Shown: positions 13,701 to 30,800 of the stretch, piece after piece
Layout: every line of letters starts with the position of its first letter
How positions within the stretch are numbered: position 1 is the first letter of the stretch
Origin: the human T2T-CHM13v2.0 reference genome, Homo sapiens
Length of the DNA: 64,000 bases
Strand: one strand, 5' to 3'
Assembly: GCF_009914755.1 (NCBI RefSeq)
Contig: NC_060937.1
Translations under genes and position numbers: made by a program
Notes under the pieces: generated by a model
What the model was told of the DNA's origin: nothing
Seen by the model: only the letters and a program-made list of their open reading frames with translations
Databases searched by the model: none

Positions 13701-16700
13701 CCACTCAATTCGACTCCACTCCAGTCCAATTCATTCCATTCCAATCCCTTCCATTCCAAGGCTTTCTTTCGACAGGATCTCCCTCTGTCACACAGGCTGT
13801 AGTGCATTGGCACAGTCTCAGCACACATTTCTTGTCACCATTTCATTCCATTCCATTCCATTCCATTCTATTACACTACATTCCATTCCACTGCAATCCA
13901 TTCTACTCTACTCCAGTGCACTCCACTCCATTTCATTCCACTACATTCCATTCCACTCTTTTCCACTCCATTCCAATCTATTCCGTTCCATTCCTCTCCA
14001 TTCCATTCCACTCCACTCCACTCCATTCCACTCCTCTCCACTCCATTCCTCTCCACTCCACTCCATTCCACTTCACTCCATTCCATTTCATTCCATTCCA
14101 CTCCATTCCATTCCCTTCCATTACATTCCATTTGATTGCATTCCACTCCACTCCACCCTATTCCTCTCCATTCCACTCCACTCCACTCCATTCCATACCA
14201 TTCTATTCCACTCCATTCCATTCCTCTACACCCTATTCCAATCCATTGCATTCCACTCCACTCCACTTTAATCCACTCCACTCCACTCCTCTCCATTCCA
14301 TTCCATTCCATTCCATTTCACTCCATTGTATTCCATTCCTTTCTTTCAACAGGATATCACTGTGTCACCCAGGCTGGAGTGCAGTGGCACAATCTCTGTT
14401 CACATTACATGTCAACTTTCCATTTCACTGCATTCTATTCCATTGCATTCCATTGCTTTCCATTCCATTCCATTCCAGTCCATTCCATTCCACTCCACTC
14501 CATTCCATTCCATTCCATTCCACGCCACTCCACTCCACTCCACTCCACTCCATTCCATTCCATACCATTCCTTTCCTTTGTTTCCAAAGGATCTCACTGT
14601 CACAGAGGCTGAAGTGCAGTGGCACAATCTCAGTTCACATTTCTTTTCACCATTCCTTTGCATTCCATTCCATCCCATTCCATTCCTCTCTATTTCACTC
14701 CACTCCACTCCATTCCATTCCACTCCTTCCCATTCCATTCGACAAATTCCACTAAACTCCACTCCACTCCACTCCACTCAACTCCATTCCATTCCGTTCC
14801 ATACCATTTCACTCCATTGCATTCCATAGCTTCCTTTCCACAGGATATCACCATGTCACCCAGGGTGGAGTGCAGTGACACTATCTCAGCTCACATTACA
14901 TGTCAACTTTCCATTGCTTTGCATTCAATTGCATTCCATTCCTTTCCATTCCATTCCATTCCATTCCATTCCACTCCGTTCGACTCCACTCCTCTCCACT
15001 CCTCTACATTCCATTACATCCAATTCCATTCCACTCTATTCCACTCGTCTCCACTCCACTGCACTCCACTCCACTCCATTCCACTCCATTCCACTCCATC
15101 CCATTCCATTCCGCTCCATTCGACTGCACTCCACTCCACCCCACTCTACTCCACTTCATTCCATTCCATTCCATCTCATTCCATTACTCTCCATTCCACT
15201 CCACTCCACTTCACTCCACTCCACTCCTCTCCAGTCCACTCCATTCCATTCCATTACACTGCATTCCATTCCTTTCTTTCGAGAGTATCTCACTCTGTCA
15301 CCCAGCCTGGAGCGTGGTGGCACAGTCTCAGCTCACATTACATTTCACCATTCCATTCCATTCTCTTCCTTTCTATTCCACTCCACTCCACTCCAGTACG
15401 TTCCCCTCCACTCCACTCCATTCCAGTCCATTCCAGTCCTTTCCATTCCATCCCATTCCATTCCACTTCTTTCCACTCCACTCCCCTCCATTCCACTCCA
15501 ATCCATTCCATTCCACTCCATTCCATTCCATTCCTTTCTTTTGACAGGATCTCACTCTATCAACCAGGCTGGTATGCAGTGGCACAATCTCAGCTCACAT
15601 TTCATTTCACTATTCCACTCCATTCCATTCCATTCCACTGCACTCCACTCCACTCCAGTCAATTCCATTCCACTCCACTCCAATCAATTCCATTCCATTC
15701 CATTCCAATCCCTTCTATTCCACTCATTTCTTTCAACAGGGTCTCCCTGTGTCACACATTTCTTTTCACCATTTCATTCCAATCCACTCCAGTCCACTCC
15801 ACTCCATTCCAATCCATGTCAATCCATTCCACTCCACTCCATTCCATTCCACTCTACTTCACTCCAGTCCACTCCACTCCATTCCAATCCATGTCAATCC
15901 ATTCCACTCCACTCCATTCCATTCCACTCTACTTCACTCCAGTCCACTCGTCTCCATTCCACTCCATTCCACTGCATTCCACTCCATGCCACTCCATTCC
16001 ATTCCACGCCACTCCATTCCACTCCACTGCATTCCACTGCATGACACTCCATTCCACTCCACTCCACTCCACTCCATTCCATTCCACTCTACTCCACTCC
16101 ACTCCACTCCACTCAATTCCATTTCACTCCACTCCACTCCATTCCTCTCCACTCCACTCCACTCCTCTCCATTCCACTCCACTGCATTCCATTCCACTCC
16201 ATTCCATTCCATTCCTTTCTTTCCACAGGAACTCACTATGTCACAAAGGCTGGAGTGCAGTGGCACAGTCTCAGCTGACATTTCTTTTCACCATTCCATT
16301 GCATTCCATTCCATCCCATTCCATTCCACTCTATTTCACTCCACCCCACTCCACTCTATTCCGTTCCACTCCTTCCCTTTCCATTCCGCTCCACTCCACT
16401 CCACTCCATTCCACTCCGTTGCATTCCATTCATTTCTTTCAACAGGATATCACTGTGTTACCCTGGCTGCAGTGCAGTGGCACAATCTCAGCTCACGTTA
16501 CATGTCATCTTTCCATTGCGTTGCATTCTATTCCATTGCATTCCATTCCATTCCAGTCCTTTCCATTCTATTCCATTCCATTCAATTCCATTCCATTCCA
16601 CTCTGTTCCACTCCACTCCCCTGCACTGCACTACATTCCATTACACCCGATCCCATTCCACTCCATTCCAGCCCTCTCCACTCCACTGCACTCCACTCCA

Positions 16701-17562
16701 CTCTATTCCAATCCGTCCCATTCCTTTCCGCTCCATACCACTGCACTCCACTCCACCCCACTCCACTCCTCTTCATTCCATTCCATTCCATCTTTTTCCA
16801 TTCCTCTCGATTGCACTCTACTCCACTTCACTCCACTCCACTCCACTCCAAACCATTCCATTCCATTCCACTGCATTCAATTCCATTCCTTTCTTTTGAG
16901 AGTATCTCACTCTGTCACCCAGCCTGGAGCGCAGTGGCAGAATCTCAGCTCACATTTCATTTCACCATTCCATTGCATTCTACTCCATTAAATTCCACTC
17001 CACTCCACTCCAATCCATTCCACTCCACTCCACCCCAGTCCAGTCCACTCCAGTCCTTTTCTTTCCATCCCATTCCATTCCACTCCTTTCTACTCCACTC
17101 CATTCCACTTCTCTCAACTCCATTACATTCCATTCCACTCCATTCCATTCCATTCCACTCCATTCCATTCCAGTACTTTCTTTTGACAGTATCTCACTCT
17201 GTCACCCAGGCTAGTGTGCAGTGGCACAATCTCAGCTCATAATTTCACCATTCCATTCCACTGCACTCCACTCCACTCCACTCCACTCAATTCCATACCA
17301 CTCCACTCCAATCTATTCCATTCCATTCCACTCCATTCCATTCCAGTACTTTCTTTTGACAGTATCTCACTCTGTCACCCAGGCTAGTGTGCAGTGGCAC
17401 AATCTCAGCTCATAATTTCACCATTCCATTCCACTGCACTCCACTCCACTCCACTCAATTCCATACCACTCCACTCCAATCTATTCCATTCCATTCCAAT
17501 CCCTTCCATTCCACTCCTTTATTTCATCAGGGTCTCCATCTGTCACACAGGCTGTAGTGCAG
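7781..17562 (+). repeat. Composite CCACT/CATTC satellite with interspersed ~63-bp Alu fragments (higher-order unit ~1.5-2.0 kb)
   Basis: 29 Alu fragments starting at about 8221, 8481, 8673, 9283, 9756, 10033, 10220, 10577, 10775, 11263, 11506, 11698, 12260, 12932, 13309, 13576, 13763, 14340, 14577, 14831, 15273, 15535, 15727, 16216, 16433, 16890, 17177, 17350 and 17520. Confidence 0.9.
11506..11568 (-). mobile_element. Alu 3'-end fragment (antisense), well-preserved copy
   Basis: TTTTGACGGGGTCTCACTCTGTCACCCAGGCTGGTGTGCAGTGGCACAATCTCAGCTCA; stops at the same Alu position as the other full fragments. Confidence 0.9.
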
Positions 17563-19096
17563 GTGATGAGACTATTTTATAGGCTCTGTGTATGGGGGCA
17601 TTGTGACCTATCTCTGCACTGATCACCCAGGTGATGGGACTTTTGTCTAGGCTCTGCCTACGGTGGCATTGTGACATATCTCTTCACTGATCACCCAGGT
17701 GATGTAACTCTTGTGTTGGATCTGCCTAGGGGGCATCATGACATATTTCTGCACTGATCACCCAGGTGTTGGGACTCTTGTCTAGGCTCTGTATATGGGG
17801 GATTTGTGACATATCCCTGCACTGATCACCCAGGTGATGTAACGCTTGACTAGGCTGTGAATTCTGGGGCATAGTGACATATCACTGCATTGATCACCGA
17901 GATGATGTAACTCTTGTCCAGGCTGTACATATAGAAGGCCCAGTGACATATCTCTGCACCGATCATCTACTTGATGTAACTCTTGGTTACACATTGCCTG
18001 CAAGGGCATTGTGAAATATCTCTTTACTGATCAACCAGGTGATCTAAGTCTTTTCTAGGCTCTGCCTACAGGGGGTTTTGTGACATAACCCTGCACTGAT
18101 CACCCAGGTGATGGGACTCTTCTCTAGGCTCTGCCTACTGGTGACATTGTCACATATTTCTGCACTGATCACCCAGGTGATGGACTCTTGTCTTGGATCT
18201 GCCTATGGGGGCATTGTGACATATCTCTGCACTGATCACCCAGGTGATGTAACTCTAGTCTAAGCTCTGCCTAAAGTGGCATTGTGACAGATCTCTGCAC
18301 TGATCACTCAGCTGATGTAACTATTGTCTAGGCTCTGCTTAAAGGGGCCTTGTCACATATGTCTACACTGATCACCCAGGTGATGTAACGGTTGTCTAGG
18401 CTCTGCTTACAGAGGTTATTGTAACATATCTCTGCACTGATAACGTAAGTGATGTAACACTTGTGTAGGCTCTGCCTACAGGGGCATTTTGACATATCTC
18501 TGCACTGTTAACCGAGGTGATGTAATTCTTCTCTAGGGTGTGCCCATAGGGGGGTTGAGACATATCTCTGCACTGATCCCAAGGTGATCCAACTCTTGCC
18601 TGGGCTCTGCCTACTGGGGGCATTGTGACATATCTCTGCACTGATCTCCCACGTGATGTAACTTTTCTCTAAGCTCGGGCTACATGGCATTGTGACATAT
18701 TACTGCACTGATCACCCAGGTGATATAACCCTTGTCTAGGCTCTGCCTACAGGGGGCTTGTGACACATCTCTGCACTGATCACCCAGGTGATGTATCTCT
18801 TGTCTAGGATCCACCTACAGGGTGCTTTGTGACATATCCCTGCAATGATCACCCAGGTGATGTACCACTTGTCAAAGCTCTGCCTACAAGGGGTTTGCTA
18901 TATATCTCTGCACTGATCATATAGGTCATGTATCTCTTGTCTAGGCTCTGCCTACAGGGGACATTGTGATATATCTCTGCACTGATCACCCAAATGATGC
19001 AAATCTTCTCTAGACTCCGCAGGGAGGGGTCATTGTGACATATTTCTGAACTGATCATCGGGGAGATGTAACTATTCTCCAGGCTTTGACTAAAGA
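17563..19096 (-). repeat. Beta (Sau3A, 68-bp) satellite, block 1
   Basis: ~68-bp monomers, reverse complement of GATCAGTGCAGAGATATGTCACAATGCCCCTGTAGGCAGAGCCTAGACAAGAGTTACATCACCTGGGT. Confidence 0.95.
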
Positions 19097-21861
<2,765 letters not shown>

Positions 21862-24800
21862 TGACACATCTCTGAACTGATCAATAAAGTGATGTAACTC
21901 TTGTCTAGGCTCTGCCTACAGGGGCTTTGTGACATGTCTCTGCACTGATCACCCAGGTGATGGGACTTTTGTCTAGGCTCTGCCTATGGGTGCATTGTGA
22001 CATATCTCTACACTGATCACCCAGGTGATTTAACTCTTGTGTTGGATCTGCCTATGGGGGCATTGTGAAATATTTCTGCACTGATCACCCAGGTGATGGG
22101 ACTCTTGTCTAGGCTCTGTGTATGTGGGGTTTGTGACATATCTCTGAACTGATCACCCAGATGATGTAACGCTTGACTAGGCTCTGCCTACGGGGCAATA
22201 AGACATATCACTGCATTGATCACCGAGGTGATATAACTCTTGTCCAGGCTCTGCCTATAGGGGGCCTTGTGACATATCTCTGCACTGATCATCTAGGTGA
22301 TGTAACACTTGCTTACGTTCGGCCTGCAGGGGCATTGTGAAATATCTCTGCACTGATCACCGAGGTAATGGGACTCTTCTCTAGGCTCTGCCTACTGGTG
22401 GCATTGTCACATATTTCTGCATTGATCACCCAGGTGACGGATTGTTGTCTTGGATTTGCCTATGGGGGCATTGTGACATATCTCTGCACTGATCACCCAG
22501 GTGATGTAACTCTTGTCTAAGCTCTGCCTAAAGGGGCTTTGTGATAGATATCTGCACTGATCACTCAGGTGATGTAACTATTGTCTAGGCTCTGCTTAAA
22601 GGGGCCTTGTCACATATCTCTTCACTGATCACCCAGGTGATGTAACTCTTCTCTAGGCTCTGCTTACACGGGTATTGTGAGATATCTCTGCACTGATCAC
22701 CCAGGGGATGTAGCTCTTGTCTAGCCTCTGCCTACAGGGGCATTTTAACATATCTCTGCACTGATCACCGAGATGATGTAACTCTTGTATAGGCTTTGCC
22801 GACAGTGGGCATTGAGACATATCTCTGCACTGATCACCGAGGTGATGCAACTCTTGTCTGGGATCTGCTTACAGGGGGCATTGTGACATATCTCTGCCCT
22901 GATCACCCAGGTGATGTTACTCTTGTCTAGGCTCTGCCTACTGGAGACATTGTGACATATATCTGCACTGATCACCTAGGTGATGTCACTTTTGTCAAGG
23001 ATATGGCTATAGGGACATTGTGACATGTCACTGCACTGATCACACAGCTGATATAACTCTTGTCTAGGCTCTAGCTACAGAGGGCTTGTGACACATCTCT
23101 GCACTGATCACCCAGGTGATGTAACCCTTATATAGGCTCTGCCAAAAGGGGGCATTGTGGCATAACTCTGCACTGATCACCCTGGTGATGGGACCCTTGT
23201 CTAGGCTCTGCCTACAGGGGCATTGTGATATATCTCTGCAGTGATCACGCAGGTGATGTAACTCTTGTCTATATCTGCCTACTGGCGGCATTTTGGCATA
23301 TTTCTGCACTGATCACCCAGGTGATGGACTCTTTCTTGGATCTGCCTATGGGGGCATAGTGAAATATCTCTGCACTGATCACTCATGTGATGTAACGCTT
23401 GTCTAAGCTGCACCTAAATGGGAATTGTGACAGATATCTCCACTGATCACCTAGGTGATGTAACAGTTTTCTGGGATTTGTCTACAGGGGGCTTTGTGAC
23501 ATATATTTGCACTGATGAACCAGGAGATTTAACTCTTGTCTAGGCTTGGCCTACAGGGGCTTTGTGACGTATTTCTGCACTGATCACCCAGGAGATGTAA
23601 CTCTTGTCTAGGCTCCACCTACAGGGGGTATTGTGAGATATCTCTGCACTGATCACCCAGGTGATGTAACATTTCTCTAGGCTCTGCCTACTGGGGCATT
23701 TTGACATAGCTCTGCACAGATCACCAAGGTTATGTAACTCTTGTCCACTCTCTGCCTACAGGGGGCATTGTGAAATACCTCTGCACTGATAACCTAGGTG
23801 ATGGGTCTCTTCTCTATACTCTGCCTAGAGTGGGATTTGTGACATATGTCTGCACTGATCACCCAGGTGATGGAAGTCTTCTCTAGGCTCTGTCTATGGG
23901 CGCATTGTGTCAAATATCTGCACTGATCACCCAGGTGATGTAACTCTTTTCTAGGCTCTGTCTACAGGGATTTTTGTGACATATCACTGCACTGATCAAC
24001 TCGGTGATGTAAGCCTTGTATGGGCTTTGCCTGCAGAAGGCTTTGTGACATATCTCTGCACTGATCTCTGAGGTGACGCAACTCTTGTCTAGGCACTGCC
24101 TACAGGGGACATTGGTACATATCTCTGCACTGATCACCCAGGTGATGGACTCTTGTCTTATATCTGCCTACTTGACATTGTGACACATCTCTGAACTGAT
24201 CAAAGAAGTGATGAAACTCGTGTCTAGGCTCTGCCTACATGGGCTTTGTGACACATCTCTTCACTGATCAACCTGGGGAGGGAACTCTTGTCTACGCTCT
24301 GCCTACAGGAGGCTTTATGACTTATACCTGCACTGATAACCTAGCTGATATAACACTTGTCTAGGCTCTGCCTACATGGGAATTTTCACATATCTCTGCA
24401 CCGATCACCCAGGTGATGTAACTCCTGTCTAGATTCAGCCTACGGGAGCGTTTTGACATATCTCTGCACTGATCACCCAGGTGATGTAACCCTTGTCTAA
24501 GCTCTGCCTACAGGGGCATTGTGACAAATCTCTCCACTGCTCACCCAGGTGATGTAACAATTGTCTGGGCTTTGCCTACAGGGGGCTTTTTGATACACAT
24601 TTCCACTGATCAAACAGGTCATGTAACCCTTGTCAAGGTTCTGCTTACAGGTGCTTTGTGACATATCTCTGCACTGATCACCCCAGGGAGGAAACACTTG
24701 TCTACACTCTGCCTACAAGAGGCTTTACAACTTACCCCTGCACTGATCACTAGGTGATGTAACACTTGTGTAGGCTCTGTCTACACGGGAATTTTCACAT

Positions 24801-25065
24801 ATCTATCTCTACACTGATCACCTAAGTGATGTAACCCTTGTCTAGGTTCAGCCTACTGGGGATTTCTGACATACCTATGCACTGATCACCCAGGTGATGT
24901 AAATCGTTTCCAGGCTTTTTTTACAGGGTACATTTTGATATATCTCTACAGTGATCACCCAAATGATGCAAATCTTCTCTAGGCTCCACAGGGAGGGGGC
25001 ATTGTGACATATTTCTGAACTGATCATCCAGGAGATGTAACTATTCTCCAGTCTTTGACTAAAGA
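21862..25065 (-). repeat. Beta satellite spacer (3.2 kb)
   Basis: 68-bp monomers in the same orientation as block 1. Confidence 0.95.
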
Positions 25066-27832
<2,767 letters not shown>

Positions 27833-30800
27833 TGACACATCTCTCAACTGATCAACAAAATGTCGTAACACTTGACTAGGCTCTGACTAAAGGGGCTTTG
27901 TGGGATATCTCTGCACTGATCACCCAGGCGATGGGACTTTTATCTAGGCTCTGCCTATGGGGGCATTGTGACATATCTCTACACTGATCACCCAGGAAAT
28001 TTAACTCTTGTGTTGGATCTGCCTATGGGGGCATTGTGACATATTTCTGCACTGATCACCCAGGTGAACGGACTCTTGTCTAGGCTCTGTGTATGGGGTC
28101 TTTGGGACATATCTCTGCACTGATCACCCAGGTGATGTAACGCTTGACTAGTCTCTGCCTACGGGGCATAGTGACCTATCACTGCATAGATCACCGAGGT
28201 GATGTAACTCTTGTCCAGGCTCTGCCTATAGGGGGCCTTGTGACATATCTCTGCACTGATCATCTAGGTTATGTACCTCTTCCTTACGCTTTGCCTGCAC
28301 GGCAGGGATATTGTGAAATATCTCTGCACTGATCACCCAGGTGATGGGACTGTTTTCTAGGCTCTGCCTACTGGGGGCATTGTCACATATTTCTGCCCTG
28401 ATCAGTGAGGTGACGGACTCTTGTCTTGGATTTGCCTATGGGGACATTGTGACATATCTCTGCACTGATCACCCAGGTGATGAAACTCTGGTCTAAGCTC
28501 TGCCTAAAGGGGCATTGTGACAGATCTCTGCACTGATCACTCAGGTGATGTAACTATTGTCTAGGCTCTGCTTAAAGAGACCTTGTCACATATCTCTGCA
28601 CTGATCAACCAAGTGATGCAACTATTGTCTAGGCTCTGCTTACAGGGTGTATTGTGACTTATCTCTGCAATGATCACCTAAGTGATGTAACACTTGTGTA
28701 GGCTCTGCCTACATGGGCATTTTGACATATTTCTGCACTGTTAACCGATGTGATGTAACTCTTGTCTAGGCTGTGCCCACAGAGTGATTGAGACATATCT
28801 CTGCACTGATCCCGAGGTGATCCAACTCTTGCCTGGTGTCTGCCTACTGGGGACATTGTGACATATCTCTGCACTGATCTCCCAGGTGCTGTTACTTTAG
28901 TCTGGGCTCTGGCTACACGGCATTGTGACATATCACTGCACTGATCACCCATGTGATATAATTATTGTCTAGGCTCTGTCTACAGGGGGCTTGTGACATA
29001 TCTCTGCGCTGATCACCCAGGTGATATAACTCTTCTCTAGGATCTGCCTACAGGGTGCTTTGTGACATATCCCTGCAATGATCACCCAGGTGCTATACCA
29101 CTTGTCAAGGCTCTGCCTACAGGGGGCTTTTGACATATCTCTGCACTGATCAACCAGGTGATATAACTCTTCTCTAGGATCTGCCTACAGGGTGCTTTGT
29201 GACATATCACTCCAATGATCACCCAGGTGATGTACCACTTGTCAAGGCTCTGCCTACAGGGACATTGCGATGTATCTCTGCACTGATCTACTAGGTCATG
29301 TAACACTTGTTTAGGCTCTGCCTACAGTGGCATTGTGACATACCTCTGCACTGATCATCCAAGTGATGTAACCCTTGTCTAGGATATGCCTAAAGGGACT
29401 TTGTGACATAACTGCACTGATCATCCAGGTGATGGGGCTTTTGTCTTGGCTCTGCCTAAGGGGGCATTGTGACATATTTCTGCACTGACCACTCAAGTGA
29501 TGGACTCTTGTGTTGGATCTGCCTGTGGGGGCATTTTGACTTGTCTCTCCACTGATCACCCAGGTGATGTAACTGTTGTATAACCTCTGCCAACAGGGGA
29601 ATTGTGAGAGATCTCTCCACTGATCACCCAAGTGATGTAACTATTGTCTAGGCTTTGCCTACGGGGTCTTTGTGACATACCTTTGCACTGATCACCCAGG
29701 TGATGTAACTTATCTAATTTCTGCCCACAGAAGCTTTGTGACATATTTCTGCACTGATCACTTTGGTGATGTAACACTTTTATAAGCACAGCCTACAGGG
29801 AATTTTAACAAATCTCTGCACTGATCACCTAGGTAATGTAAATCTTGTCTACCCTCTGCTCAAAGGGGGCATTGTGAAATATCTCTGCACTGATCACCCA
29901 GGTGATTCAACTCTTGTCTAGGATGTGCCTACAGGGGTATTGTGAAATATCTATGTACTGATCAACTGGGTGATGTAACTCTTGTCAAGGCTATGCCTAC
30001 AAGGGCATTTTCACATATACCTAAACTGGTGACAAAGGTGATGTAACTCTTGCCTAGGCTTTGCCTACAGAGGACATTGTGACATATCTCTGCACTGATA
30101 CCCAGGTGATGCAACTCTTCTCTATGCTCTGCCTACAGGGGACATTGTGACATATCTCTGCACTGATAACCCAGGTGATGCAACTCTTCTCTATGCTCTG
30201 CCTACAGGGGGCATTGTGACATATCTCTGCACTGATCACCCAGGTGATGTAACTCTTTTCTAGGCTCTGCCTAGAGGGAACCTTGACAAATCTCTGCACT
30301 AATCACCTAGGTGATGTAAATCTTGTCTACCCTCAGCCCAAAGGGGGTATTGTGAAATATCTCTGCACTGATCACCCAGGTGATTCAACTCTTGACTTGG
30401 ATCTGCTTACAGGGGTATTGTGAAATATCTCTGCACTGATAACCTGAGTGATGTAACACTTGTGTAGGCTCTGCCTACAGGGACATCTTGATATACCTCT
30501 GCACTGTCAACCGAGGTGATGTAACTCTTTTCTAGGCTGTGCACCCAGGGGGATTGAGACATATCTATACACTGATCACGCAGGTGATGCTTCTCTTCCC
30601 TATGCTCTGCATACAGGGGACATTGTGACATATCTCTGCACTGATCACCCAGGTGAGACAACTCTTCTCTATGCTCTGTCAACAGGGGGCATTGTGACAT
30701 ATCTCTGCACTGATCACCCAGATGATGTTACTCTTTTCTAGGCTCTGCCTACATAGGGCGTTTTGACATCACTCTGCACGGATCACCCGGGTTATTTAAC

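Larger units (their letters stand above)
1..17562 (+). repeat. Human satellite 3-type (CATTC/GGAAT)n array with CCACT-rich diverged domains
   Basis: Continuous CATTC/CACTC pentamers with the C/T-rich strand always on +. The repetitive SIPFH/MEWNG ORFs are translations of the pentamer. Confidence 0.96.

Noticed and set aside
8221-17562. About 30 independent Alu insertions
   Set aside because: Same endpoints and orientation, no TSDs or full-length bodies, and cyclic variants point to tandem amplification.
351-17582. Long ORFs in the satellite (e.g. 829 aa at 10809..13298, 790 aa at 14619..16991)
   Set aside because: CATTC/CACTC repeats contain no stop codons, so all frames stay open and give SIPFH/STPLH/MEWNG repeats with no gene features.
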